DNA of 64,000 nucleotides from Pirellulales bacterium (GTDB lineage: Bacteria > Planctomycetota > Planctomycetia > Pirellulales > PALSA-1355). The stretch spans positions 256,001 through 320,000 of the forward strand of contig CAVTBU010000008.1 of the NCBI GenBank assembly GCA_963733035.1. The letters run 5' to 3'. Made by a program: the position numbers and the translations under genes. Positions 1 through 10,517 of the stretch are shown here, one piece after another. The notes below the pieces were generated by a model, which saw nothing but the letters and a program-made list of their open reading frames with translations, searched no databases and was not told the origin of the DNA. Every line of letters begins with the position of its first letter. The first letter of the stretch is position 1.

Positions 1-190
1 CGAAAGGGAAGGATGGCGAAAACCTGGTCTGGCTACGAGCATATCATAGGCCAGCCATCGATCGTGCGTCCAGACTGGACTACGTCAATCGTCCCACTCC
101 GCGGCCCTGAAATCGCGCAAGAACAATGAACGATAAGCCTGGCACCTTCGACGCTGGCGCCGTTGCGTCGTCCATCTCCGTTCAAACAAG

Positions 191-1162
191 CTACTTGGCC
201 GCGGGCGCACGGACCGGAAAGCCGAGTTGCTTGTCGACAAGATTGCGCAACGGTCGGCCGGCCAGATAGCGCGTAAGATTATCGCAGAAGAAATCCGTCA
301 TCTGGTCGATACGCAACCGACTTTGTCCGGCAACGTGGGGTGTGATGATCACGTTCGGCAGATCCCACAATTTACTAGTCGGGGGCAACGGCTCTTGCTC
401 GGTTACGTCAAGCGCCGCCCCCGCCAGGTGTCCGCTTTCGAGCGCATCGATCAGGTCGCGCTCCACTACCAATGGTCCGCGGGCCACATTCACCAGCAGC
501 GCCCCTTTCTTCATCGTTGCCAGTTCCTTCGCGCCGATCATCCCGCGGGTCGTTGGTGTGAGCGGAGCCGAGAGTATCAAGATATCGACCTCGGCCAAAA
601 GCTCGATCAGACGCTCCGCCGGCCAGAGAGCCTCAACGTAGTCGGGCTTATCGATCGGGAATACATCGGTTGCCAGAATTCGAGTTTTAAAGGGGCTGAG
701 CACTTCCGCAATCCGCCGCCCGACGCCGCCAAAACCAACAATCCCCAACGTGCTGTGGTGCAAATCGCCGGTCGGCCGTCGCACGAACTCTTTGGCTTGT
801 TGGGCCCGAAAAAAGACCGGCAATTTGCGGGTCAGGGCGGTAACGAGGGCCGTGGCGTGCTCAGAAACCTGATCCGCCAGCACGCCGGACGCGCTCGTGA
901 CGATAATTTCGGATTCAATCACCGACGGCACGAGACAATGATCGAGTCCCGCTGCCGACGATTGAATCCATTTCAATCGCCCTCCTTGGACCACGGCAGG
1001 CCAATCCATGGGAACCTTCGCGTGGCCGCAAAAAATGTCGGCCCGCAGAATCTCGCTAGCAATGTGTTGCTGGCCAGCATCGACCACCTCGGCCATTCCG
1101 GCCACGCTTGCGATTTGATGGTAGTGCCGCCGTTCAACTGGATAGCAAAGAACAATACGCAT
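191..1162 (-). CDS. D-2-hydroxyacid dehydrogenase (NAD-binding)
   Basis: GIVGFGGVG Rossmann motif, NVARG, LDV..EP and TPHVAG catalytic motifs; start placed at MRIVLC. Confidence 0.9.
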   Translation of the reverse strand: MRIVLCYPVERRHYHQIASVAGMAEVVDAGQQHIASEILRADIFCGHAKVPMDWPAVVQGGRLKWIQSSAAGLDHCLVPSVIESEIIVTSASGVLADQVSEHATALVTALTRKLPVFFRAQQAKEFVRRPTGDLHHSTLGIVGFGGVGRRIAEVLSPFKTRILATDVFPIDKPDYVEALWPAERLIELLAEVDILILSAPLTPTTRGMIGAKELATMKKGALLVNVARGPLVVERDLIDALESGHLAGAALDVTEQEPLPPTSKLWDLPNVIITPHVAGQSRLRIDQMTDFFCDNLTRYLAGRPLRNLVDKQLGFPVRAPAAK

Positions 1163-1503
1163 CGGAAACCGCAAAGCTGATAACCATGGAGTGGAATCGC
1201 GTCAATCGTACCGTCCGCCACGCCCGGGGAAAACTTCAACTGATCGGCCGCGGACGAGCATCTCTCGAACTGGTCGGATCAATCCATCGTAGTTACACCC
1301 AGCAATTGCCCGGTCGATTTGCCCCTCAAACTCGCAAAATCCTCTCGGCTGGCGGCTGGATTAAACAGGGTGTCACGAGGTACAATGTGATCTGTGGGCC
1401 TGCTGCAGACGCTCCCCGCCTCGGCGTCTTCGTGCGTTTCGATGCCGCACGAATCGGCCAACCGACGATGTTACCGCCCACCGCCCCAAGGAGAATTCCC
1501 CTC

Positions 1504-2451
1504 GTGTCTTATCGCTACGGCATTAGCACCGCCACGGTCATTATGCTGGTCGTGTTGCGGATCAACATTGGATGGCATTTCTTCAACGAGGGAGTCAAGC
1601 ACTATACGGATCCCGCCTGGTCGTCCGAAGGCACGCTACGCAGCGCTACCGGACCGTTGGCGTCCTTTTATCAATCGTATTTGCCCGACTACCATGGCAT
1701 GGACGCATGGCTACATGAGGAGCGGCCTGACAAGGAAGCTGATGCGGCCAAAAGCTGGGTCCAGCAGGTCGAAAGCGACCTCGAACGGCGGCGCGAAGCC
1801 TTCGCACGGCACTACGGGCTCGACAAAAAGCAGCAAGACGAATCGGTGAAGGTCACGCGTGAATTCCAGGCCCTGGTCCGTTCGTGGGGAAATGCCCGGC
1901 GGGAAGAATTGGCCAACCACGTCCATCAATGGCGCCGCGCCCGCGGCGTTGAAAAGTTGCCCGATGCGGAGGACGTGCCGTTTCGCAAACAACGCCTGGC
2001 CACCAACCACGCGGCCCTCAAGGCCGAAGCCACGGGTTGGCGGACCGAACTTTTGGCCCTGGAATTGGACCACGAAACAACGCTTGGCGAGCTGTTGACC
2101 GCGCAACAGCGCGACATGGGACCGTTGCCTCGCGCGCGCACTTCGATCGATCAGGTCGATGACATGATGACTTATGTTATCATGGGAGTAGGCGGTCTAT
2201 TATTACTCGGGCTATTCACACGCACGGCCTGCCTGGCCGGCGCGGCGTTCCTGATGTCCGTGGTTTCTATGCAGCCGTTTTGGGTTTCCGAGGCCCTTCC
2301 AACCTACAATCAACTGGTCGAAATGTTTGCCCTGCTGGCCCTGGCCACCACGCATGTGGGACGCTGGGGCGGCCTCGACTTCTTTGTCCATTATTTCATC
2401 TTTGGGCGCACGGCCGCGACGAAAGGCAATAGCGATGTATCTCAGTCCTGA
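1504..2451 (+). CDS. DoxX family membrane protein with a large soluble helical insert
   Basis: LRINIGWHFFNEG N-terminal DoxX helix; GLLLLGLFTR and GRWGGLD C-terminal DoxX motifs; AAGGAG before GTG at 1504. Confidence 0.75.
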   Translation: MSYRYGISTATVIMLVVLRINIGWHFFNEGVKHYTDPAWSSEGTLRSATGPLASFYQSYLPDYHGMDAWLHEERPDKEADAAKSWVQQVESDLERRREAFARHYGLDKKQQDESVKVTREFQALVRSWGNARREELANHVHQWRRARGVEKLPDAEDVPFRKQRLATNHAALKAEATGWRTELLALELDHETTLGELLTAQQRDMGPLPRARTSIDQVDDMMTYVIMGVGGLLLLGLFTRTACLAGAAFLMSVVSMQPFWVSEALPTYNQLVEMFALLALATTHVGRWGGLDFFVHYFIFGRTAATKGNSDVSQS

Positions 2452-4150
2452 AGAAAAAGCCGTCGGCAAGGACAATTTTTACAACGTGCTCGGCGTTACC
2501 CGCCGCGACTTCCTCAAGGCGGGTATCGCCGCCGGGGCCGTCTCAGGCGCAGGCCTGGGTGCGATGTATTTCGGCTACGGCTCGTCAGTCAGCAATCCCC
2601 TGCGTGTCGGCGTGATCGGCACGGGCGACGAAGGCAACGTGCTGATGGGCGCCATTACGCCCAGCTACATCCAGGTTGTCGCTATCGCCGACATTCGGCC
2701 CTACAACGTCCATCGCGCCTTTCACGGCGATCATTCGAGCGACAACGCGCTGCGAGTTCGCTGCGGGCTGATGAGCAAATATGACTGGAAGACCGAAGAC
2801 GAAGCCCGCAAACACGTGAAGGTCTACGACAAGGACTATCACGATCTGTTGGCCGACAACGACGTGGAAGCCGTAATTATCGCATTGCCGCTCCACCTGC
2901 ATGCCCCGGTCGCCATCGAAGCGATGAAAGCCGGCAAGCACGTGCTGACCGAAAAGCTGATGGGCCACAGCGTTCACGAATGCAAGGAGATGGCCCGCAC
3001 GTCCAAAGAGCTCAACAAGATTCTGGCCACCGGTCACCAGCGCCACTACAGCGTGCTGTACGACAACGCCGTCGACACGATCCGCCGCGGCATGATTGGC
3101 GACATTCACATGATCCGCGCTCAATGGCACCGCGGCAATTTGCCCGGTCGCGATAGCTGGTCGATGCCGCTGCCGAACGAGGAGATGGCCAAACGCATTG
3201 CACGTCTGAAGAAGGACATCGAAACGGCGCAAGGTGTGACAATCGACTCAAAGCTCAAGTCGCTGGAAAAGGAGCTATCGAACGCCCGCGAAAACCTGAT
3301 TGACAAGCTGCAGGGACAAGTTGCCCAGTTGGAAATGCAGTACATGGACGGCAACGTCAAGGCCGAGGACTACGGCTACGAGGAAATCACCCTGGCCAAC
3401 GGACATCGCCGCAGCGCGTTGGAGGAACTCATTCGTTGGCGGCTCTGGAATCGCACGGGCGGCGGCCTAATGGCCGAACTGGGCAGCCATCAGCTCGACG
3501 CGGCCGGCATCTTCATCAGTGGTCTGCGCGACGACGGCAAGAAGGCCCTGCCACTGAACGTGGCGGCCGCGGGCATGCGTTCGCTATTCCCGCTCGACCG
3601 CGATTGCGAAGATCACGTCTACTGCGTCTACGAGTTCCCCGGCCCCGAATACGAAAGCAACCCGGACAAAAAGATCGGCGTGATGTACTCGTCGATCAAC
3701 GGCAATGGTTTCGGCGGCTACGGCGAAACCGTGCTGGGCACCGACGGCACTTTGATCCTCGAACGCGAGGCCGACGTGATGCTGTTCAGCAATCGGGCCT
3801 CGACCACCACCAGCCTCACCGTCTCGAAGGGCTCTGCTGGCGGCCCCACGCTCGACACCACGCAAAGCGGCGGCGGCGAGGCATCCGTTGCCACGCAGGC
3901 TATCGGAGGTCCGGTCAGCCGCGGCTACACCGAGGAACTCGAACACTGGGCCTGGTGCATCCGCAATCCCGATCCCGAAAATCAGCCGCGCTGCAAGCCC
4001 TCGGTGGCGCTGGGCGATGCGGTGATCGCGCTGGTCACCAACATTGCCATGCGCGACAACCGCCGTATCGATTTCAAACCGGAATGGTTCGAGATCGATA
4101 GCGACGAAACCCCGGAAGGCGTCAAACCCGACCTTGGCCGCTACGCGTAG
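2435..4150 (+). CDS. Gfo/Idh/MocA family oxidoreductase with Tat signal
   Basis: TRRDFLK twin-arginine motif, GVIGTGDEG, AGKHVLTEK, GGGLMAELGSHQLD; overlaps the DoxX stop. Confidence 0.9.
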   Translation: MYLSPEEKAVGKDNFYNVLGVTRRDFLKAGIAAGAVSGAGLGAMYFGYGSSVSNPLRVGVIGTGDEGNVLMGAITPSYIQVVAIADIRPYNVHRAFHGDHSSDNALRVRCGLMSKYDWKTEDEARKHVKVYDKDYHDLLADNDVEAVIIALPLHLHAPVAIEAMKAGKHVLTEKLMGHSVHECKEMARTSKELNKILATGHQRHYSVLYDNAVDTIRRGMIGDIHMIRAQWHRGNLPGRDSWSMPLPNEEMAKRIARLKKDIETAQGVTIDSKLKSLEKELSNARENLIDKLQGQVAQLEMQYMDGNVKAEDYGYEEITLANGHRRSALEELIRWRLWNRTGGGLMAELGSHQLDAAGIFISGLRDDGKKALPLNVAAAGMRSLFPLDRDCEDHVYCVYEFPGPEYESNPDKKIGVMYSSINGNGFGGYGETVLGTDGTLILEREADVMLFSNRASTTTSLTVSKGSAGGPTLDTTQSGGGEASVATQAIGGPVSRGYTEELEHWAWCIRNPDPENQPRCKPSVALGDAVIALVTNIAMRDNRRIDFKPEWFEIDSDETPEGVKPDLGRYA

Positions 4151-4355
4151 CAGTCGGGGGTCGAATCTGTCTCCGCCGTCTGCCCAAGAAGCGGCTTTCC
4201 TTGCCAGCGATGCCGTATTGTTGCGCTTATCGTGGTCGACGTACGGTCACGCCCTCGCTCTTCGCACGCGGCGGGTTGAACTCGCGGCAATTCCCGCACT
4301 ATGATGTCCGGCTGTTCGCCGCACCGCCGACTTCATCTCACGAGGAGCACCTGCC

Positions 4356-5198
4356 GTGGAAAAATGGCCCCTGGGCGTATTTGCCAGCATCGACGCTGGA
4401 TTGGGCGTGAAGCTCGAAGTGGCCCATGATCTGGGCGTTCCCACGATTCAATTGCATGCCCCCGCGAAATCCACCCGCACGGCCGGTAACGCAAAGCGAT
4501 TTCTCGATCGGCTCTCGGATTTCGACATTCGTATTACGGCCGTGTTCGGCGGCTTCGAGGGAGAAAGCTATGCCGACATCCCGACAGTCACACGCACCGT
4601 CGGGCTTGTGCCGCCCGAAACCCGTGCCGACCGAACCAAGGAGATGAAGGAAATTGCCGACTTCGCCCGGTTGCTCGGCGTCGACGTCGTCGCGCTTCAT
4701 CTCGGCTTCGTGCCGCACGAGCCTAGCGATCCGCTCTACGGCGAAGTACTGTCCGTCACGCGTGAGTTGTGCGACCACTGCCAGAGCCAGAACCAAAACG
4801 TGCATTTGGAGACGGGCCAGGAATCTGCCGATTCGCTGCTGCAATTCATCACCGGCACGCAGCGCGACAATCTGTTCATCAATTTTGATCCTGCCAACAT
4901 GATCCTGTACGGTTCCGGCGAGCCGATCGAAGCCCTGGAAAAAGTCGGCCGCTACGTCCATAGCGTCCACTGCAAGGATGGGAAGTGGGCAGCCAATCCG
5001 GGTAACGAATGGGGCCAAGAAGTTCCCCTCGGCGAAGGCGACGTCGACATGGAACGCTATCTGCGCACTCTGGACAAGATCGGTTATCACGGCCCGCTCA
5101 CCATCGAACGCGAAATTCCGCAGGAGCCCGAACGTCAAAAGGCCGAGATTGGCCGAGCGCTGGCACTGCTCACCGAACTAAAGCAAAAGATCGGTTGA
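4356..5198 (+). CDS. Sugar phosphate isomerase/epimerase (xylose isomerase-like TIM barrel)
   Basis: LETG, NFDPAN, VHCKD and LTIERE metal-ligand motifs; GAGGAG RBS. Confidence 0.85.
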   Translation: MEKWPLGVFASIDAGLGVKLEVAHDLGVPTIQLHAPAKSTRTAGNAKRFLDRLSDFDIRITAVFGGFEGESYADIPTVTRTVGLVPPETRADRTKEMKEIADFARLLGVDVVALHLGFVPHEPSDPLYGEVLSVTRELCDHCQSQNQNVHLETGQESADSLLQFITGTQRDNLFINFDPANMILYGSGEPIEALEKVGRYVHSVHCKDGKWAANPGNEWGQEVPLGEGDVDMERYLRTLDKIGYHGPLTIEREIPQEPERQKAEIGRALALLTELKQKIG

Positions 5199-5277
5199 GC
5201 AGATTAACTGAACCATCGGCGGAGCCCGCGTGTCTGGGTGCGTTGGCGGGGGCGATTGTCGTTCGGAGGAGCTTCCG

Positions 5278-5775
5278 GTGAGCGATTTGAGTGACTTACG
5301 CATTGTGTCGGCCGCCGAGGCGGACGTGCCAACCATTCTGCGGCTGATCCGCGCCCTGGCCGACTACGAGCGGATGTCCAGCGCCGTGACAGCCACCGCG
5401 CAAGACCTGCGAGAACGTCTCTTCGGCGCGAACCCCGTGGCCGAAGTCGCCATCGGCTATGTTGGCGACGAACCCGCCGGCATCGCCGTATTCTTTCATT
5501 CGTTCTCTACATTTCTTGGCAGATCGGGCATCTACCTGGAAGATATCTTCGTCGAAGAACAGCACCGCGGCCGCGGGTTGGGCAAGGGCCTGATGCAATA
5601 CGTCGCGCAACTTGCCGTCGAACGAGGCTGTGCGCGATTGGAGTGGGCCGTGCTCAACTGGAACGCACCGGCAATCGGCTTCTATCAGAGCCTCGAAGCC
5701 AAGCCTCAGGATGAATGGACCGTGTATCGACTCACCGGTAAGCCGCTTGCGAGATTAGCGGCTCAACGCACATGA
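5278..5775 (+). CDS. GNAT N-acetyltransferase (diamine acetyltransferase-like)
   Basis: YLEDIFV...RGRGLG, WAVLNWNAPAIGFY; GGAGGAG upstream of GTG. Confidence 0.9.
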   Translation: MSDLSDLRIVSAAEADVPTILRLIRALADYERMSSAVTATAQDLRERLFGANPVAEVAIGYVGDEPAGIAVFFHSFSTFLGRSGIYLEDIFVEEQHRGRGLGKGLMQYVAQLAVERGCARLEWAVLNWNAPAIGFYQSLEAKPQDEWTVYRLTGKPLARLAAQRT

Positions 5776-7058
5776 CCAAGCGAGACAGCAACGCTGCCCT
5801 GGCATTCATTTTCGTAACTGTGTTGATCGACACGATCGGGTTCGGCATCGTGATGCCGGTAATTCCAAGCCTGATCATGGAATTAACGCACGTCGACGTC
5901 AGTCGGGCGTCGCTCTATGGCGGCTGGCTGGCGTTCGCCTATGCGAGCATGCAGTTCATCTTTGGCCCGATCATCGGCAATCTCAGCGACCGTTTCGGCC
6001 GTCGTCCGGTGCTCCTCCTATCGCTATTGGCGTTCGGCGTCGACTACTTTTTAATGGGTCTGGCACCGACGATCGGTTGGTTGTTCGTTGGCCGGGCGAT
6101 AGCCGGCATCGCAGGCGCCGCTCATACAACCGCCAACGCGTACATCGCCGACGTTAGTCCGCCCGAAAAGCGTGCGCAGAACTTCGGCCTGATGGGAGCG
6201 GCATTCGGCCTGGGATTCATCTTTGGACCGGCACTTGGCGGATTGCTCGGTGACTATGGGGCCCGGGCACCGTTCTTCGCGGCTGCGGCGCTGGCGCTGT
6301 TGAACATGGCCTATGGCCTCTTCGTCCTGCCCGAAAGTTTGCCACGCGAATCGCGCCGCCCGTTTCATTGGCGACGAGCCAACACGTTGGGCACGGTCCT
6401 GCAACTCCGCCAATACCCCTCGATTAGTTTGCTCGCGACGGTCCTCTTTCTTTGGATGCTCGGCCACCAGGTGCTACCCGCCACCTGGGCCTTCTACACC
6501 CAGCAGAAGTTCGAATGGTCGCCGACCGAGATCGGTTTTTCCCTGGCGTTTGCCGGCGTGCTGATGGCCACCGTGCAGGCCGGTATGACACGCGTGCTCG
6601 TGCCGCGCCTCGGCGAACGAACGGCCGTGCTGATCGGGATGACGGCCGCCGGGCTCGGCTACCTGGGCTATGCCGCTGCCTGGCAGGGCTGGGTCATGTA
6701 TCCGTGCATGGTGGTCGGAATGCTGGCCGGGCTGACATTCCCGTCGCTCAACGCACTTATGTCGCATCGGATTCCCAAGTCGTCGCAGGGAGAACTGCAA
6801 GGCGCGGTCGCGAGCCTATTCAGTCTAACCGCCATTCTTGGGCCGGTAATGATGACGCAGCTCTTCGGCTACTTCACCAGCGAGGCAGCCCCGTTCTACT
6901 TTCCTGGCGCGGCATTTGTCTTTGCAACCGGCCTGGTGCTAGTTGCCTTGATTCTGTTCGCTCGCGCCTCATCGCCGCTCGGCAAATGGCTGCCCGAAAG
7001 CGAGCCGGCCGAAACTCTCGCAAATACGCCGACTGCGCCACTCGCGTCCGAACTTTAA
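5772..7058 (+). CDS. TetA-like MFS efflux transporter (DHA1)
   Basis: About 12 hydrophobic segments, motif [12 protein letters not shown], motif [15 protein letters not shown] overlap with the GNAT gene. Confidence 0.9.
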   Translation: MTKRDSNAALAFIFVTVLIDTIGFGIVMPVIPSLIMELTHVDVSRASLYGGWLAFAYASMQFIFGPIIGNLSDRFGRRPVLLLSLLAFGVDYFLMGLAPTIGWLFVGRAIAGIAGAAHTTANAYIADVSPPEKRAQNFGLMGAAFGLGFIFGPALGGLLGDYGARAPFFAAAALALLNMAYGLFVLPESLPRESRRPFHWRRANTLGTVLQLRQYPSISLLATVLFLWMLGHQVLPATWAFYTQQKFEWSPTEIGFSLAFAGVLMATVQAGMTRVLVPRLGERTAVLIGMTAAGLGYLGYAAAWQGWVMYPCMVVGMLAGLTFPSLNALMSHRIPKSSQGELQGAVASLFSLTAILGPVMMTQLFGYFTSEAAPFYFPGAAFVFATGLVLVALILFARASSPLGKWLPESEPAETLANTPTAPLASEL

Positions 7059-7087
7059 CTCCAGCGAGGCTTGCACGTTGAACGGGC

Positions 7088-7387
7088 TCACTGCCTGCTC
7101 GCCGACTCGCCTCGCGGCACGCGTGGACGCAATAGCCACAACACAATTAACACGGGAATCGCCAAAATCAGCAACTTTGGCCGCAGAATAACCAGGAACA
7201 GCATCACGCCGCCGGTAACAGCCAGCCACCGTGGAACATTTTTCACTTGCGGGTAGGCAAACCACCAAACTGACATCATCAGACCAACTCGCAGGCACCC
7301 TCCCGAGATTGCTTCATCGACCTGGTTGCGCATGACGATGCCGGCGATCAGCAACATCACGGCGAACAGTCCGATGGCGGCGCGCAT
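7088..7387 (-). CDS. Small hypothetical membrane protein
   Basis: 3-4 hydrophobic segments; last gene of the minus-strand operon; start uncertain. Confidence 0.6.
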   Translation of the reverse strand: MRAAIGLFAVMLLIAGIVMRNQVDEAISGGCLRVGLMMSVWWFAYPQVKNVPRWLAVTGGVMLFLVILRPKLLILAIPVLIVLWLLRPRVPRGESASRQ

Positions 7388-7461
7388 GCTTTCGATTATC
7401 ACGACTCGAGTAGCGGCTGCCCAGGGCAATGCGGTGAAGCCGGCCACCAGCATTCCAAAGC

Positions 7462-9447
7462 TCAGATACGGTCAAGCGAGTCAAACCACTGTACCAGGGC
7501 CTCAAGCTCTGCGGGCGTAAGATACCGAGCCTGCTCGCCAACCTTTTCGACTACGACCGGATACTTGGCCTCGCGCAACTGCTCGATGCCCGCCTCGACG
7601 GCTTTGGTTCGCTCGGTCTTTGTGGCCAGCGTCGTATAGAAAGCCAGCCGATGCACTGGCTCCGGTTGCGGCAGGCGGGACAGACGCGGCAGGGGAGCAT
7701 CAACGACGGCTACCGCCCGCACGATGTCCAAATTGGTAAGACCAACCAGGTACGCCATGGCACCGCCTCCTTCGTGGCCATGCAGCACGACGCGGGCTGG
7801 ATCGATCGAGTAGGTCTTGGTCGCAGCATCGATAAAACGACGGATGATACGGGCCTCGGTCGGTTGCCATTTAGACTTCTCACCGGATTTTGGAGCAAGA
7901 AGGATGAAACCGTATTGCTCGCAAAGCGGCTTCCAAAGCGCGATCAGATCCTGTTCGTCAAAACCGCCGGGTGCATGTAACCAAACAATTAGTCCATGCG
8001 GCGCGTCGGGCGTGTAGTCCGCGGGCACATAGGCAACGCACTCGTTCTCAAACTCGGGAAGCTTAATCGGCACACTACCGACTTGTGGCCCAGCGGCAGC
8101 AGCCGGCGCCGGCTCGCTCGACTGATAGGCGGGCGGCAACTTGCCCGGCAACATCTCAGGCAGTGTGCCAAGTTGCGGGTTGACCAGCAGTGTTTCATCG
8201 CCGCGTTTCACTTCCACTGCGACCGATTCGCCGGGCGACAATGTTTGCAGCGTTTCGAACATCGAACCGGTACGTTCGACCTTCTGGCCACCAAACGAAA
8301 TCAATAGGTCGCCCGCTTTCAGGCCGGCGCTGGCTGCCGGACTGTCAGGGTAGACGTAACGCAAAGAAACACCGCCCTCGGTCGATTTACCACGCATCGG
8401 CAGCACACCCAGAAACGGTGTCACATAGGGGTCCACCTTGTCGATCAGCTCGATTTCGCGCACGATGCGCTCGTCGCCGCGGAGTGCGATGACCTGAACT
8501 TTCTCACCGGCATACTTTGGACCCAGCGCGTGCTTGAGTTGGGCCTGACGCTCGATTGTCTGACCGGCGAGCTCAACGATCTTATCTCCCGCGCGAAGGC
8601 CCGCCTTGAAAGCCGGTGCGGTGGCAGCCGCGGCAGCAATGACCGGCTGCGTACCAAAGAGGTCGTCTCCCTTGAGCGAAATGCCAAGCAGCCCCTGGTA
8701 GAGGTCCTGGCCCTGTTTCATTTGCGGCAACACTTGCAACACGGTTTCAAGCGGGATTGCGAAGCCGATTCCGGAGTCGTACCATTCGACGCCGGCCACG
8801 TCGCCGCTGCCTTGGGGCGACATTGGCACAAGCACTCCCAAGACCCGCCCTGTGATATCCACCAGCGGCCCGCCGTAGTTGTTCGGGGAGACCTTGGCAT
8901 CGGTTTGGATTGCCTTGCCCCAGATGCGATCGAGCGCGCTGACGATGCCCATCGAGACATTTGGCCTCTCGGCCTCGAAAGTGCGCCCCACCGCCAGCGC
9001 CCATTGACCGACATGCATCTCGCCGATCGGCACCGGCTCGGCAGGCACGAGTTCGTCTTCAACATCAACTTTCAGCAAAACGACCATGCGGCTGTGGTCC
9101 GTGGCCACTAGCTTGGCCGCGTGCCGCTTGCCACCTGGCAACGTCACCAGAATCGAGTCGGGCTTTTGAGCAAAATTGAACGCGCTGGAAACGATGTAGC
9201 CATCGGACGAAACGACCAGCCCAGTTGTTGGCCCCGTACCAACGAGCATGCGCCCTAACCGTTCCAGTCCACCCACGGTTTCGATACGCACAACCGCCGG
9301 CGCCGCGCGCTCGACGGCCGCCTGCAAGGCCCGCTCTTCGCGCTCGGAAATCGACTCTTGCGCATGCGCGGTGCCAATTGCAACCACGGCAAGCATGGCA
9401 GCGCACAGCAATTCCCGTCCGAATCGATTTATGTTGCGAGTCATCAC
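7462..9447 (-). CDS. HtrA-like trypsin domain (degenerate triad) + 2 PDZ + alpha/beta-hydrolase-like domain, secreted
   Basis: Signal peptide; IQTDAKVSPNNYGGPLV; AGLRAGD/AGLKAGD PDZ motifs; IDPARVVLHGHEGGG esterase-like strand. Confidence 0.85.
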   Translation of the reverse strand: MMTRNINRFGRELLCAAMLAVVAIGTAHAQESISEREERALQAAVERAAPAVVRIETVGGLERLGRMLVGTGPTTGLVVSSDGYIVSSAFNFAQKPDSILVTLPGGKRHAAKLVATDHSRMVVLLKVDVEDELVPAEPVPIGEMHVGQWALAVGRTFEAERPNVSMGIVSALDRIWGKAIQTDAKVSPNNYGGPLVDITGRVLGVLVPMSPQGSGDVAGVEWYDSGIGFAIPLETVLQVLPQMKQGQDLYQGLLGISLKGDDLFGTQPVIAAAAATAPAFKAGLRAGDKIVELAGQTIERQAQLKHALGPKYAGEKVQVIALRGDERIVREIELIDKVDPYVTPFLGVLPMRGKSTEGGVSLRYVYPDSPAASAGLKAGDLLISFGGQKVERTGSMFETLQTLSPGESVAVEVKRGDETLLVNPQLGTLPEMLPGKLPPAYQSSEPAPAAAAGPQVGSVPIKLPEFENECVAYVPADYTPDAPHGLIVWLHAPGGFDEQDLIALWKPLCEQYGFILLAPKSGEKSKWQPTEARIIRRFIDAATKTYSIDPARVVLHGHEGGGAMAYLVGLTNLDIVRAVAVVDAPLPRLSRLPQPEPVHRLAFYTTLATKTERTKAVEAGIEQLREAKYPVVVEKVGEQARYLTPAELEALVQWFDSLDRI

Positions 9448-10517
9448 GGTTGCACGGCTCCGTTATCGCTCTTGAGCTCCACTTCCACCAGCTCCTGACC
9501 GCGCATTAGCACGAGCCGGAGCGTAGCGCCATGCTCGACGTGTGCCAATTCGTCTCGGAATCCCTGGCACGAATGCACCAGGTGATCCCCGAGGAAGACA
9601 ATCAGGTCATCCGGCTGAATGCCCGCCGCAGCTGCGGGCGAGCGAGCGCGCACCAGGTCAACATAGGGGGGCGTACGCTCCAGCACGTCGGGCACCAGCA
9701 CCAGCCCCAGGGCGGCCAAATCAACCGCTTCGGCAGGCTCCAGCGGTGGCTGGTCTTCCGATGGCCGAAACTTGCCGGCCAGGATTTGTTCGATCGAGTT
9801 CCGCAACTCCTCGATCGGTATTGCGTAGTTCAGCCAAATGTTGTTCTGCGCGCTGCGGAGTTCCTTACCAAGCATGCCCAGCAGTTCACCGTGTTGATTG
9901 ACAAGGGCGCCGCCGGCCGCGCCTGGGTTATTGGTCATCGCGTCGAGCACGTAGACCGACCCCGTGTATGGCGACTCAAACACGCCGCGCCTGGCATCGA
10001 GCCGGGTCTTCACAGCAACTACGCCATGCTGCACGCTGGCCGGTTCGTCGCCGGTCGCCACGCCAAACAAGTTGCTGAAGGCCAACACGCGGGTACCGCC
10101 GCCAGCCGGCACGGCCGCGGCCAGATCGAAATGGGGTAACTCTTCGGCTTCGATCTTCAATACGGCCAGTTCCAACCGCGGATCAGCTCCCAACAATTTC
10201 GCTTCAAACCGCCGACCATCATCAAGCGTGGCCGTGACGTAATCCGTATCGAGCACATAGCTCCAAACCGTCAGCACGTGCCCCGAGGCGGAAATCAGAA
10301 ATCCACTCTGATACGGCTCCAGGCCGCTGATTCCACCCGCGCCGTAGATCTTGACCATCTTTGGCTGGTTCTCGTCAATCATGGCTGCAAACGAGTCCGC
10401 CGCGCTAGCCCGCCCGACAAGCAGCGCCGTCAGCGCCCAGGTGACTGCCGCGAGGCGAACCCCTGCGTTCCCTATTGCCTTACCTCGGTCGTTTGTCCTT
10501 CGCAATTCACTCCCCAT
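9444..10517 (-). CDS. HtrA-like trypsin domain (degenerate triad) + PDZ, secreted
   Basis: SGFLISASG, DAMTNNPGAAGGALV, SPAAAAGIQPDD. Confidence 0.85.
   Translation of the reverse strand: MGSELRRTNDRGKAIGNAGVRLAAVTWALTALLVGRASAADSFAAMIDENQPKMVKIYGAGGISGLEPYQSGFLISASGHVLTVWSYVLDTDYVTATLDDGRRFEAKLLGADPRLELAVLKIEAEELPHFDLAAAVPAGGGTRVLAFSNLFGVATGDEPASVQHGVVAVKTRLDARRGVFESPYTGSVYVLDAMTNNPGAAGGALVNQHGELLGMLGKELRSAQNNIWLNYAIPIEELRNSIEQILAGKFRPSEDQPPLEPAEAVDLAALGLVLVPDVLERTPPYVDLVRARSPAAAAGIQPDDLIVFLGDHLVHSCQGFRDELAHVEHGATLRLVLMRGQELVEVELKSDNGAVQP

Noticed and set aside
227..1180. Long antisense or alternate-frame ORFs (also 4338-5138, 12721-13620, 19774-20709, 25427-26503, 59030-60163 and others)
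   Set aside because: They shadow well-supported genes on the other strand, as expected in GC-rich DNA, and show no family motifs.
5772..7058. Acquired tetracycline resistance gene
   Set aside because: No tetR or mobile context; it fits a chromosomal TetA-like MFS of unknown substrate.
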